A model generated the notes under the pieces. That model was not told the origin of the DNA. It searched no databases and saw only the letters and a list, made by a program, of their open reading frames with translations. Source: Leptogorgia sarmentosa (taxonomy: Eukaryota). Taken from it: DNA of 64,000 nucleotides. Both the position numbers and the translations under genes were made by a program. The stretch spans positions 16,244,001 through 16,308,000 of the forward strand of contig OZ210885.1 in the NCBI GenBank assembly GCA_964658305.1, written 5' to 3'. Shown piece by piece: positions 9,260 to 23,489 of this stretch. Numbering within the stretch: the first letter of the stretch is position 1; every line of letters begins with the position of its first letter.

Positions 9260-12100
9260 AATGTCTACGACCATACCAGTAGGAAAATACCGGTTCTCGT
9301 CTGATCACCGAAGTTAAGCCTAGGTGGGCAAAGTTACTACTTGGATGGGTGACTACCTGGGAATACTTTGTGTTGTAGACTTGCTTCATTTTATTGTATG
9401 TGTGTTTGTAAATATAATTCCTTTCAATTTCAACTTCAGGGTTTTGTTATTGTTACACGTTTAAAAGGTGTAACTTCCATCAACAAATGTCTACGACCGT
9501 ACGAGTGGGAAAATACCGGTTCTCGTCTGATCACCGAAGTTAAGCCTAGGTGGGCAACGTTAGTAGTTGGATGGGTGACCACCTGGGAATACTTTGTGTT
9601 GTAGACTTGCTTCATTTTGTTGTATGTGTGTTTGTAAGTAGGTTTGCTTTCAATTTCAACTTCAGGGTTTTGTTATTGTTACACGTTTAAAAAGTGTAAC
9701 TTCCATCAACAAATGTCTACGACCATACCAGTAGGAAAATACCGGTTCTCGTCTGATCACCGAAGTAAAGCCTAGGTGGGCAAAGTTAGTACTTGGATGG
9801 GTGACTACCTGGGAATACTTTGTGTTGTAGACTTGCTTCATTTTATTGTAGGTGTGTTTGTAAATAGGTTTGCTTTCAATTTCAACTTCAGGGTTTTGTT
9901 ATTGTTACACGTTTACAAAGTGTAACTTCCATCAACAAATGTCTACGACCATACCAGTAGGAAAATACCAGTTCTCGTCTGATCACCGAAGTTAAGCCTA
10001 GGTGGGAAAAGTTAGTACTTGGATGGGTGACCACCTGGGAATACTTTCTGTTGTAGACTTGCTTCATTTTGTTGTATGTGTGTTTGTAAGTAGGTTTGCT
10101 TTCAATTTCAACTTCAGGGTTTTGTTATTGTTACACGTTTAAAAAGTGTAACTTCCATCAACAAATGTCTACGACCATACCAGTAGGAAAATACCGGTTC
10201 TCGTCTGATCACCGAAGTTAAGCCTAGGTGGGCAAAGTTAGTACTTGGATGGGTGACTACCTGGGAATACTTTGTGTTGTAGACTTGCTTCATTTTATTG
10301 TATGTGTGTTTGTAAATATAATTCCTTTCAATTTCAACTTCAGGGTTTTGTTATTGTTACACGTTTAAAAAGTGTAACTTCCATCAACAAATGTCTACGA
10401 CCATACCACTAGGAAAATACCGGTTCTCGTCTGATCACCGAAGTTAAGCCTAGGTGGGAAAAGTTAGTTCTCGTCTAATTACCGAAGTTAAGCCTAGGTG
10501 GGCAAAGTTAGTACTTGGATGGGTGACCACCTGGGAATACTTTGTGTTGTAGACTTGCTTCATTTTGTTGTATGTGTGTTTGTAAGTAGGTTTGCTTTCA
10601 ATTTCAACTTCAGGGTTTTGTTATTGTTACACGTTTAAAAAGTGTAACTTCCATCAACAAATGTCTACGAGCATACCAGTAGGAAAATACCGGTTCTCGT
10701 CTGATTACCGAAGTTAAGCCTAGGTGGGCAAAGTTAGTACTTGGATGGGTGACTACCTGGGAATACTTTGTGTTGTAGACTTGCTTCATTTTATTGTATG
10801 TGTGTTTGTAAATATAATTCCTTTCAATTTCAACTTCAGGGTTTTGTTATTGTTACACGTTTAAAAAGTGTAACTTCCATCAACAAATGTCTACGACCGT
10901 ACGAGTAGGAAAATACCGGTTCTCGTCTGATCACCGAAGTTAAGCCTAGGTGGGCAACGTTAGTAGTTGGATGGGTGACCACCTGGGAATACTTTGTGTT
11001 GTAGACTTGCTTCATTTTGTTGTATGTGTGTTTGTAAGTAGGTTTGCTTTCAATTTCAACTTCAGGGTTTTGTTATTGTTACACGTTTAAAAAGTGTAAC
11101 TTCCATCAACAAATGTCTACGACCATACCAGTAGGAAAATACCGGTTCTTGTCTGATCACCGAAGTTAAGCCTAGGTGGGCAAAGTTAGTACTTGGATGG
11201 GTGACTACCTGGGAATACTTTGTGTTGTAGACTTGCTTCATTTTATTGTAGGTGTGTTTGTAAATAGGTTTGCTTTCAATTTCAACTTCAGGGTTTTGTT
11301 ATTGTTACACGTTTACAAAGTGTAACTTCCATCAACAAATGTCTACGACCATACCAGTAGGAAAATACCAGTTCTCTTCTGATCACCGAAGTTAAGCCTA
11401 GGTGGGAAAAGTTAGTACTTGGATCGGTGACCACCTGGGAATACTTTCTGTTGTAGACTTGCTTCATTTTGTTGTATGTGTGTTTGTAAGTAGGTTTGCT
11501 TTCAATTTCAACTTCAGGGTTTTGTTATTGTTACACGTTTAAAAAGTGTAACTTCCATCAACAAATGTCTACGACCATACCAGTAGGAAAATACCGGTTC
11601 TCGTCTGATCACCGAAGTTAAGCCTAGGTGGGCAAAGTTAGTACTTGGATGGGTGACTACCTGGGAATACTTTGTGTTGTAGACTTGCTTCATTTTATTG
11701 TATGTGTGTTTGTAAATATAATTCCTTTCAATTTCAACTTCAGGGTTTTGTTATTGTTACACGTTTAAAAAGTGTAACTTCCATCAACAAATGTCTACGA
11801 CCATACCACTAGGAAAATACCGGTTCTCGTCTGATCACCGAAGTTAAGCCTAGGTGGGAAAAGTTAGTTCTCGTCTAATTACCGAAGTTAAGCCTAGGTG
11901 GGCAAAGTTAGTACTTGGATGGGTGACCACCTGGGAATACTTTGTGTTGTAGACTTGCTTCATTTTGTTGTATGTGTGTTTGTAAGTAGGTTTGCTTTCA
12001 ATTTCAACTTCAGGGTTTTGTTATTGTTACACGTTTAAAAAGTGTAACTTCCATCAACAAATGTCTACGAGCATACCAGTAGGAAAATACCGGTTCTCGT
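9260..12100 (+). repeat. Higher-order repeat, 1400-bp period (5x226 + 270), about two copies; boundaries approximate
   Basis: 270-bp units at 10393 and 11793 are preceded by the same ordered series of alleles. Confidence 0.8.
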
Positions 12101-15100
12101 CTGATCACCGAAGTTAAGCCTAGGTGGGAAAAGTTAGTACTTGGATGGGTGACTACCTGGGAATACTTTGTGTTGTAGACTTGCTTCATTTTATTGTATG
12201 TGTGTTTGTAAATATAATTCCTTTCAATTTCAACTTCAGGGTTTTGTTATTGTTACACGTTTAAAAAGTGTAACTTCCATCAACAAATGTCTACGACCAT
12301 ACCACTAGGAAAATACCGATTCTCGTCTGATCACCGAAGTTAAGCCTAGGTGGGAAAAGTTAGTACTTGGATGGGTGACCACCTGGGAATACTTTGTGTT
12401 GTAGATTTGCTTCATTTTATTGTATGTGTGTTTTTAAATAGGTTTCCTTTCAATTTCAACTTCAGGGTTTTGTTATTGTTACACGTTTAAAAAGTGTAAC
12501 TTCCATCAACAAATGTCTACGACCATACCAGTAGGAAAATACCGGTTCTAGTCTGATCAACGAAGTTAAGCCTAGGTGGGCAAAGTTAGTACTTGGATGG
12601 GTGACCACCTGGGAATACTTTGTGTTGTAGACTTGCTTCATTTTATTGTATGTGTGTTTGTAAATAGGTTTGCTTTCAATGTAAACTTCAGGGATTTTGT
12701 TATTGCTACATCTGGAAATACTTTGTATTGTTGTTTTGCTCAATGTTATTTAATGCCTATTTGTAAATATAATTCCTTTCAATTTCAACTTCAGCGTTTT
12801 GTTATTGTTACACGTTTAAAAAGTGTAACTTCCATCAACAAATGTCTACGACCGTACGAGTAGGAAAATACCGGTTCTCGTCTGATCACCGAAGTTAAGC
12901 CTAGGTGGGTAAAGTTAGTACTTGGATGGGTGACCACCTGGGAATACTTTGTGTTGTAGACTTGCTTCATTTTATTGTATGTGTGTTTGTAAATAGGTTT
13001 GCTTTCAATTTCAACTTCAGGGTTTTGTTATTGTTACACGTTTAAAAAGTGTTACTTCCATCAACAAATGTCTACGACGATGCCAGTAGGAAAATACCGG
13101 TTCTCGTCTGATCACCGAAGTTAAGCCTAGGTGGGCAAATTTAGTACTTGGATGGGTGACTACCTGGGAATACTTTGTGTTGTAGACTTGCTTCATTTTA
13201 TTGTATGTGTGTTTGTAAATAGGTTTGCTTTCAATTTCAACTTCAGGGTTTTTTTATTGTTACACGTTTAAAAAGTGTAACTTCCATCAACAAATGTCTA
13301 CGACCATACCAGTAGGAAAATACCGGTTCTCGTCTGATCACCGAAGTTAAGGCTAGGTTGGAAAAGTTAGTACTTGGATGGGTGACCACCTGGGAATACT
13401 TTGTGTTGTAGACTTGCTTCATTTTATTGTATGTGTGTTTGTAAATAGGTTTGCTTTCAATTTCAACTTCAGGGTTTTGTTATTGTTACACGTTTAAAAA
13501 GTGTAACTTCCATCAACAAATGTCTACGACCATACCAGTAGGAAAATACCGGTTCTCGTCTGATCACCGAAGTTAAGCCTAGGTGGGCAAAGTTAGTACT
13601 TGGATGGGTGACCACCTGGGAATACTTTGTGTTGTAGACTTGCTTCATTTTGTTGTATGTGTGTTTGTAAGTAGGTTTGCTTTCAATTTCAACTTCAGGG
13701 TTTTGTTATTGTTACACGTTTAAAAAGTGTAACTTCCATCTACAAATGTCTACGACCATACCAGTAGGAAAATACCGGTTCTCGTGTGATCACCGAAGTT
13801 AAGCCTAGGTGGGAAAAGTTAGTACTTGGATGGGTGACCACCTGGGAATACTTTGTGTTGTAGATTTGCTTCATTTTATTGTATGTGTGTTTTTAAATAG
13901 GTTTGCTTTCAATTTCAACTTCAGGGTTTTGTTATTGTTACACGTTTAAAAAGTGTAACTTCCATCAACAAATGTCTACGACCATACCAGTAGGAAAATA
14001 CTGGTTCTCGTCTGATCACCGAAGTTAAGCCTAGGTGGGCAAATTTAGTACTTGGATGGGTGACTACCTGGGAATACTTTGTGTTGTAGACTTGCTTCAT
14101 TTTATTGTATGTGTGTTTGTAAATAGGTTTGCTTTCAATTTCAACTTCAGGGTTTTGTTATTGTTACACGTTTAAAAAGTGTAACTTCCATCAACAAATG
14201 TCTACGACCGTACCAGTAGGAAAATACCGGTTCTCGTCTGATCACCGAAGTTAAGCCTAGGTTGGAAAAGTTAGTACTTGGATGGGTGACCACCTGGGAA
14301 TACTTTGTGTTGTAGACTTGCTTCATTTTATTGTATGTGTGTTTGTAAATAGGTTTGCTTTCAATTTCAACTTCAGGGTTTTGTTATTGTTACACGTTTA
14401 AAAAGTGTAACTTCCATCAACAAATGTCTACGACCATACCAGTAGGAAAATACCGGTTCTCGTCTGATCACCGAAGTTAAGCCTAGGTGGGCAAAGTTAG
14501 TACTTGGATGGGTGACCACCTGGGAATACTTTGTGTTGTAGACTTGCTTCATTTTGTTGTATGTGTGTTTGTAAGTAGGTTTGCTTTCAATTTCAACTTC
14601 AGGGCTTTGTTATTGTTACACGTTTAAAAAGTGTAACTTCCATCAACAAATGTCTACGACCATACCAGTAGGAAAATACCGGTTCTCGTGTGATCACCGA
14701 AGTTAAGCCTAGGTGGGAAAAGTTAGTACTTGGATGGGTGACCACCTGGGAATACTTTGTGTTGTAGATTTGCTTCATTTTATTGTATGTGTGTTTTTAA
14801 ATAGGTTTGCTTTCAATTTCAACTTCAGGGTTTTGTTATTGTTACACGTTTAAAAAGTGTAAGTTCCATCAACAAATGTCTACGACCATACCAGTAGGAA
14901 AATACCGGTTCTCGTCTGATCACCGAAGTTAAGCCTAGGTGGGCAAAGTTAGTACTTGGATGGGTGACCACCTGGGAATACTTTGTGTTGTAGACTTCCT
15001 TCATTTTATTGTATGTGTGTTTGTAAATAGGTTTGCTTTCAATTTCAACTTCAGGGTTTTGTTATTGTTACACGTTTAAAAAGTGTTACTTCCATCAACA

Positions 15101-18100
15101 AATGTCTACGACGATACCAGTAGGAAAATACCGGTTCTCGTCTGATCACCGAAGTTAAGCCTAGGTGGGCAAAGTTAGTACTCGGATGGGTGACTACCTG
15201 GGAATACTTTGTGTTGTAGACTTGCTTCATTTTATTGTATGTGTGTTTGTAAATATAATTCCTTTCAATTTCAACTTCAGGGTTTTGTTATTGTTACACG
15301 TTTAAAAAGTGTAACTTCCATCAACAAATGTCTACGACCATACCAGTAGGAAAATACCGGTTCTCGTCTGATCACCGAAGTTAAGCCTAGGTGGGAAAAG
15401 TTAGTACTTGGATGGGTGACCACCTGGGAATACTTTGTGTTGTAGACTTGGTTCGTTTTATTGTATGTGTGTTTTTAAATAGGTTTGCTTTCAATTTCAA
15501 CTTCAGGGTTTTGTTATTGTTACACGTTTAAAAAGTGTAACTTCCATCAACAAATGTCTACGACCATACCAGTAGGAAAATACTGGTTCTCGTCTGATCA
15601 CCGAAGTTAAGCCTAGGTGGGCAAATTTAGTACTTGGATGGGTGACTACCTGGGAATACTTTGTGTTGTAGACTTGCTTCATTTTATTGTATGTGTGTTT
15701 GTAAATAGGTTTGCTTTCAATTTCAACTTCAGGGTTTTGTTATTGTTACACGTTTAAAAAGTGTAACTTCCATCAACAAATGTCTACGACCATACCAGTA
15801 GGAAAATACCGGTTCTCGTCTGATCACCGAAGTTAAGCCTAGGTTGGAAAAGTTAGTACTTGGATGGGTGACCACCTGGGAATACTTTGTGTTGTAGACT
15901 TGCTTCATTTTATTGTATGTGTGTTTGTAAATAGGTTTGCTTTCAATTTCAACTTCAGGGTTTTGTTATTGTTACACGTTTAAAAAGTGTAACTTCCATC
16001 AACAAATGTCTACGACCATACCAGTAGGAAAATACCGGTTCTCGTCTGATCACCGAAGTTAAGCCTAGGTGGGCAAAGTTAGTACTTGGATGGGTGACCA
16101 CCTGGGAATACTTTGTGTTGTAGACTTGCTTCATTTTGTTGTATGTGTGTTTGTAAGTAGGTTTGCTTTCAATTTCAACTTCAGGGTTTTGTTATTGTTG
16201 CACGTTTAAAAAGTGTAACTTCCATCAACAAATGTCTACGACCATACCAGTAGGAAAATACCGGTTCTCGTGTGATCACCGAAGTTAAGCCTAGGTGGGA
16301 AAAGTTAGTACTTGGATGGGTGACCACCTGGGAATACTTTGTGTTGTAGATTTGCTTCATTTTATTGTATGTGTGTTTTTAAATAGTTTGCTTTCAATTT
16401 CAACTTCAGGGTTTTGTTATTGTTACACGTTTAAAAAGTGTAAGTTCCATCAACAAATGTCTACGACCATACCAGTAGGAAAATACCGGTTCTCGTCTGA
16501 TCACCGAAGTTAAGCCTAGGTGGGCAAAGTTAGTACTTGGATGGGTGACCACCTGGGAATACTTTGTGTTGTAGACTTGCTTCATTTTATTGTATGTGTG
16601 TTTGTAAATAGGTTTGCTTTCAATGTAAACTTCAGGGATTTTGTTATTGCTACATCTGGAAATACTTTGTATTGTTGTTTTGCTAAATGTTATTTAATGC
16701 CTATTTGTAAATATAATTCCTTTCAATTTCAACTTCAGGGTTTTGTTATTGTTACACGTTTAAAAAGTGTAAGTTCCACCAACAAATGTCTACGACCATA
16801 CCAGTAGGAAAATACCGGTTCTCGTCTGATCACCGAAGTTAAGCCTAGGTGGGCAAAGTTAGTACTTGGATGGGTGACCACCTGGGAATACTTTGTGTTG
16901 TAGACTTGCTTCATTTTATTGTATGTGTGTTTGTAAATAGGTTTGCTTTCAATGTAAACTTCAGGGATTTTGTTATTGCTACATCTGGAAATACTTTGTA
17001 TTGTTGTTTTGCTAAATGTTATTTAATGCCTATTTGTAAATATAATTCCTTTCAATTTCAACTTCAGGGTTTTGTTATTGTTACACGTTTAAAAAGTGTA
17101 AGTTCCACCAACAAATGTCTACGACCATACCAGTAGGAAAATACCGGTTCTCGTCTGATCACCGAAGTTAAGCCTAGGTGGGCAAAGTTAGTACTTGGAT
17201 GGGTGACCACCTGGGAATACTTTGTGTTGTAGACTTGCTTCATTTTATTGTATGTGTGTTTGTAAATAGGTTTGCTTTCAATGTAAACTTCAGGGATTTT
17301 GTTATTGCTACATCTGGAAATACTTTGTATTGTTGTTTTGCTAAATGTTATTTAATGCCTATTTGTAAATATAATTCCTTTCAATTTCAACTTCAGGGTT
17401 TTGTTATTGTTACACGTTTAAAAAGTGTAACTTCCATCAACAAATGTCTACGACCGTACGAGTAGGAAAATACCGGTTCTCGTCTGATCACCGAAGTTAA
17501 GCCTAGGTGGGCAACGTTAGTAGTTGGATGGGTGACCACCTGGGAATACTTTGTGTTGTAGACTTGCTTCATTTTGTTGTATGTGTGTTTGTAAGTAGGT
17601 TTGCTTTCAATTTCAACTTCAGGGTTTTGTTATTGTTACACGTTTAAAAAGTGTAACTTCCATCAACAAATGTCTACGACCATACCAGTAGGAAAATACC
17701 GGTTCTCGTCTGATCACCGAAGTTAAGCCTAGGTGGGTAAAGTTAGTACTTGGATGGGTGACTACCTGGGAATACTTTGTGTTGTAGACTTGCTTCATTT
17801 TATTGTAGGTGTGTTTGTAAATAGGTTTGCTTTCAATTTCAACTTCAGGGTTTTGTTATTGTTACACGTTTACAAAGTGTAACTTCCATCAACAAATGTC
17901 TACGACCATACCAGTAGGAAAATACCAGTTCTGTTCTGATCACCGAAGTTAAGCCTAGGTGGGAAAAGTTAGTACTTGGACGGGTGACCACCTGGGAATA
18001 CTTTCTGTTGTAGACTTGCTTCATTTTGTTGTATGTGTGTTTGTAAGTAGGTTTGCTTTCAATTTCAACTTCAGGGTTTTGTTATTGTTACACGTTTAAA

Positions 18101-21100
18101 AAGTGTAACTTCCATCAACAAATGTCTACGACCATACCAGTAGGAAAATACCGGTTCTCGTCTGATCACCGAAGTTAAGCCTAGGTGGGAAAAGTTAGTA
18201 CTTGGATGGGTGACTACCTGGGAATACTTTGTGTTGTAGACTTGCTTCATTTTATTGTATGTGTGTTTGTAAATATAATTCCTTTCAATTTCAACTTCAG
18301 GGTTTTGTTATTGTTACACGTTTAAAAAGTGTAACTTCCATCAACAAATGTCTTCGACCATACCAGTAGGAAAATACCGGTTCTCGTCTGATCACCGAAG
18401 TTAAGCCTAGGTGGGCAAAGTTAGTACTTGGATGGGTGACCACCTGGGAATACTTTGTGTTGTAGACTTGCTTCATTTTATTGTATGTGTGTTTGTAAAT
18501 AGGTTTGCTTTCAATGTAAACTTCAGGGATTTTGTTATTGCTACATATGGAAATACTTTGTATTGTTGTTTTGCTAAATGTTATTTAATGCCTATTTGTA
18601 AATATAATTCCTTTCAATTTCAACTTCAGGGTTTTGTTATTGTTACACGTTTAAAAAGTGTAACTTCCATCAACAAATGTCTACGACCGTACGAGTACGA
18701 AAATACCGGTTCTCGTCTGATCACCGAAGTTAAGCCTAGGTGGGCAACGTTAGTAGTTGGATGGGTGACCACCTGGGAATACTTTGTGTTGTAGACTTGC
18801 TTCATTTTGTTGTATGTATGTGTGTTTGTAAGTAGGTTTGCTTTCAATTTCAACTTCAGGGTTTTGTTATTGTTACACGTTTAAAAAGTGTAACTTCCAT
18901 CAACAAATGTCTACGACCATACCAGTAGGAAAATACCGGTTCTCGTCTGATCACCGAAGTTAAGCCTAGGTGGGCAAAGTTAGTACTTGGATGGGTGACT
19001 ACCTGGGAATACTTTGTGTTGTAGACTTGCTTCATTTTATTGTATGTGTGTTTGTAAATAGGTTTGCTTTCAATTTCAACTTCAGGGTTTTGTTATTGTT
19101 ACACGTTTAAAAAGTGTAACTTCCATCAACAAATGTCTACGACCATACCAGTAGGAAAATACCGGTTCTCGTCTGATCACTGAAGTTAAGCCTAGGTGGG
19201 AAAAGTTAGTACTTGGATGGGTGACCACCTGGGAATACTTTGTGTTGTAGACTTGCTTCATTTTATTGTATGTGTGTTTGTAAATAGGTTTGCTTTCAAT
19301 TTCAACTTCAGGGTTTTGTTATTGTTACACGTTTAAAAAGTGTAACTTCCATCAACAAATGTCTACGACCATACCAGTAGGAAAATACCGGTTCTCGTAT
19401 GATCACCGAAGTTAAGCCTAGGTGGGAAAAGTTAGTACTTGGATGGGTGACCACCTGGCAATACTTTGTGTTGTAGACTTGCTTCATTTTGTTGTATGTG
19501 TGTTTGTAAGTAGGTTTGCTTTCAATTTCAACTTCAGGGTTTTGTTATTGTTACACGTTTAAAAAGTGTAACTTCCATCAACAAATGTCTATGACCATAC
19601 CAATAGGAAAATACCGGTTCTCGTCTGATCACCGAAGTTAGGCCTAGGTGGGCAAAGTTAGTACTTGGATGGGTGACTACCTGGCAATACTTTGTGTTGT
19701 AGACTTGCTTCATTTTATTGTATGTGTGTTTGTAAATAGGTTTGCTTTCAATTTCAACTTCAGGGTTTTGTTATTGTTACACGTTTAAAAAGTGTAACTT
19801 CCATCAACAAATGTCTACGACCATACCAGTAGGAAAATACCGGTTCTCGTCTGATCACCGAAGTTAAGCCTAGGTGGGAAAAGTTAGTACTTGGATGGGT
19901 GACCACCTGGGAATACTTTGTGTTGTAGACTTGCTTCATTTTATTGTATGTGTGTTTGTAAATAGGTTTGCTTTCAATTTCAACTTCAGGGTTTTGTTAT
20001 TGTTACACGTTTAAAAAGTGTAACTTCCATCAACAAATGTCTACGACCATACCAGTAGGAAAATACCGGTTCTCGTCTGATTACCGAAGTTAAGCCTAGG
20101 TGGGCAAAGTTACTACTTGGATGGGTGACTACCTGGGAATACTTTGTGTTGTAGACTTGCTTCATTTTATTGTATGTGTGTTTGTAAATATAATTCCTTT
20201 CAATTTCAACTTCAGGGTTTTGTTATTGCTACATCTGGAAATACTTTGTATTGTTGTTTTGCTAAATGTTATTTAATGCCTATTTGTAAATATAATTCCT
20301 TTCAATTTCAACTTCAGGGTTTTGTTATTGTTACACGTTTAAAAAGTGTAAGTTCCACCAACAAATGTCTACGACCATACCAGTAGGAAAATACCGGTTC
20401 TCGTCTGATCACCGAAGTTAAGCCTAGGTGGGCAAAGTTAGTACTTGGATGGGTGACCACTTGGGAATACTTTGTGTTGTAGACTTGCTTCATTTTATTG
20501 TATGTGTGTTTGTAAATAGGTTTGCTTTCAATGTAAACTTCAGGGATTTTGTTATTGCTACATCTGGAAATACTTTGTATTGTTGTTTTGCTAAATGTTA
20601 TTTAATGCCTATTTGTAAATATAATTCCTTTCAATTTCAACTTCAGGGTTTTGTTATTGTTACACGTTTAAAAAGTGTAAGTTCCACCAACAAATGTCTA
20701 CGACCATACCAGTAGGAAAATACCGGTTCTCGTCTGATCACCGAAGTTAAGCCTAGGTGGGCAAAGTTAGTACTTGGATGGGTGACCACCTGGGAATACT
20801 TTGTGTTGTAGACTTGCTTCATTTTATTGTATGTGTGTTTGTAAATAGGTTTGCTTTCAATGTAAACTTCAGGGATTTTGTTATTGCTACATCTGGAAAT
20901 ACTTTGTATTGTTGTTTTGCTAAATGTTATTTAATGCCTATTTGTAAATATAATTCCTTTCAATTTCAACTTCAGGGTTTTGTTATTGTTACACGTTTAA
21001 AAAGTGTAACTTCCATCAACAAATGTCTACGACCGTACGAGTAGGAAAATACCGGTTCTCGTCTGATCACCGAAGTTAAGCCTAGGTGGGCAACGTTAGT

Positions 21101-23489
21101 AGTTGGATGGGTGACCACCTGGGAATACTTTGTGTTGTAGACTTGCTTCATTTTGTTGTATGTGTGTTTGTAAGTAGGTTTGCTTTCAATTTCAACTTCA
21201 GGGTTTTGTTATTGTTACACGTTTAAAAAGTGTAACTTCCATCAACAAATGTCTACGACCATACCAGTAGGAAAATACCGGTTCTCGTCTGATCACCGAA
21301 GTTAAGCCTAGGTGGGCAAAGTTAGTACTTGGATGGGTGACTACCTGGGAATACTTTGTGTTGTAGACTTGCTTCATTTTATTGTAGGTGTGTTTGTAAA
21401 TAGGTTTGCTTTCAATTTCAACTTCAGGGTTTTGTTATTGTTACACGTTTACAAAGTGTAACTTCCATCAACAAATGTCTACGACCATACCAGTAGGAAA
21501 ATACCAGTTCTGTTCTGATCACCGAAGTTAAGCCTAGGTGGGAAAAGTTAGTACTTGGATGGGTGACCACCTGGGAATACTTTCTGTTGTAGACTTGCTT
21601 CATTTTGTTGTATGTGTGTTTGTAAGTAGGTTTGCTTTCAATTTCAACTTCAGGGTTTTGTTATTGTTACACGTTTAAAAAGTGTAACTTCCATCAACAA
21701 ATGTCTACGACCATACCAGTAGGAAAATACCGGTTCTCGTCTGATCACCGAAGTTAAGCCTAGGTGGGAAAAGTTAGTACTTGGATGGGTGACTACCTGG
21801 GAATACTTTGTGTTGTAGACTTGCTTCATTTTATTGTATGTGTGTTTGTAAATAGGTTTGCTTTCAATTTCAACTTCAGGGTTTTGTTATTGTTACACGT
21901 TTAAAAAGTGTAACTTCCATCAACAAATGTCTACGACCATACCAGTAGGAAAATACCGGTTCTCGTCTGATCACTGAAGTTAAGCCTAGGTGGGAAAAGT
22001 TAGTACTTGGATGGGTGACCACCTGGGAATACTTTGTGTTGTAGACTTGCTTCATTTTATTGTATGTGTGTTTGTAAATAGGTTTGCTTTCAATTTCAAC
22101 TTCAGGGTTTTGTTATTGTTACACGTTTAAAAAGTGTAACTTCCATCAACAAATGTCTACGACCATACGAGTAGGAAAATACCGGTTCTCGTATGATCAC
22201 CGAAGTTAAGCCTAGGTGGGAAAAGTTAGTACTTGGATGGGTGACCACCTGGCAATACTTTGTGTTGTAGACTTGCTTCATTTTGTTGTATGTGTGTTTG
22301 TAAGTAGGTTTGCTTTCAATTTCAACTTCAGGGTTTTGTTATTGTTACACGTTTAAAAAGTGCAACTTCCATCAACAAATGTCTATGACCATACCAATAG
22401 GAAAATACCGGTTCTCGTCTGATCACCGAAGTTAGGCCTAGGTGGGCAAAGTTAGTACTTGGATGGGTGACTACCTGGCAATACTTTGTGTTGTAGACTT
22501 GCTTCATTTTATTGTATGTGTGTTTGTAAATAGGTTTGCTTTCAATTTCAACTTCAGGGTTTTGTTATTGTTACACGTTTAAAAAGTGTAACTTCCATCA
22601 ATAAATGTCTACGACCATACCAGTAGGAAAATACCGGTTCTCGTCTGATCACCGAAGTTAAGCCTAGGTGGGAAAAGTTAGTACTTGGATGGGTGACCAC
22701 CTGGGAATACTTTGTGTTGTAGACTTGCTTCATTTTATTGTATGTGTGTTTGTAAATAGGTTTGCTTTCAATTTCAACTTCTGGGTTTTGTTATTGTTAC
22801 ACGTTTAAAAAGTGTAACTTCCATCAACAAATGTCTACGACCATACCAGTAGGAAAATACCGGTTCTCGTCTGATTACCGAAGTTAAGCCTAGGTGGGCA
22901 AAGTTACTACTTGGATGGGTGACTACCTGGGAATACTTTGTGTTGTAGACTTGCTTCATTTTATTGTATGTGTGTTTGTAAATATAATTCCTTTCAATTT
23001 CAACTTCAGGGTTTTGTTATTGCTACATCTGGAAATACTTTGTATTGTTGTTTTGCTAAATGTTATTTAATGCCTATTTGTAAATATAATTCCTTTCAAT
23101 TTCAACTTCAGGGTTTTGTTATTGTTACACGTTTAAAAAGTGTAAGTTCCACCAACAAATGTCTACGACCATACCAGTAGGAAAATACCGGTTCTCGTCT
23201 GATCACCGAAGTTAAGCCTAGGTGGGCAAAGTTAGTACTTGGATGGGTGACCACCTGGGAATACTTTGTGTTGTAGACTTGCTTCATTTTATTGTATGTG
23301 TGTTTGTAAATAGGTTTGCTTTCAATGTAAACTTCAGGGATTTTGTTATTGCTACATCTGGAAATACTTTGTATTGTTGTTTTGCTAAATGTTATTTAAT
23401 GCCTATTTGTAAATATAATTCCTTTCAATTTCAACTTCAGGGTTTTGTTATTGTTACACGTTTAAAAAGTGTAAGTTCCACCAACAAAT

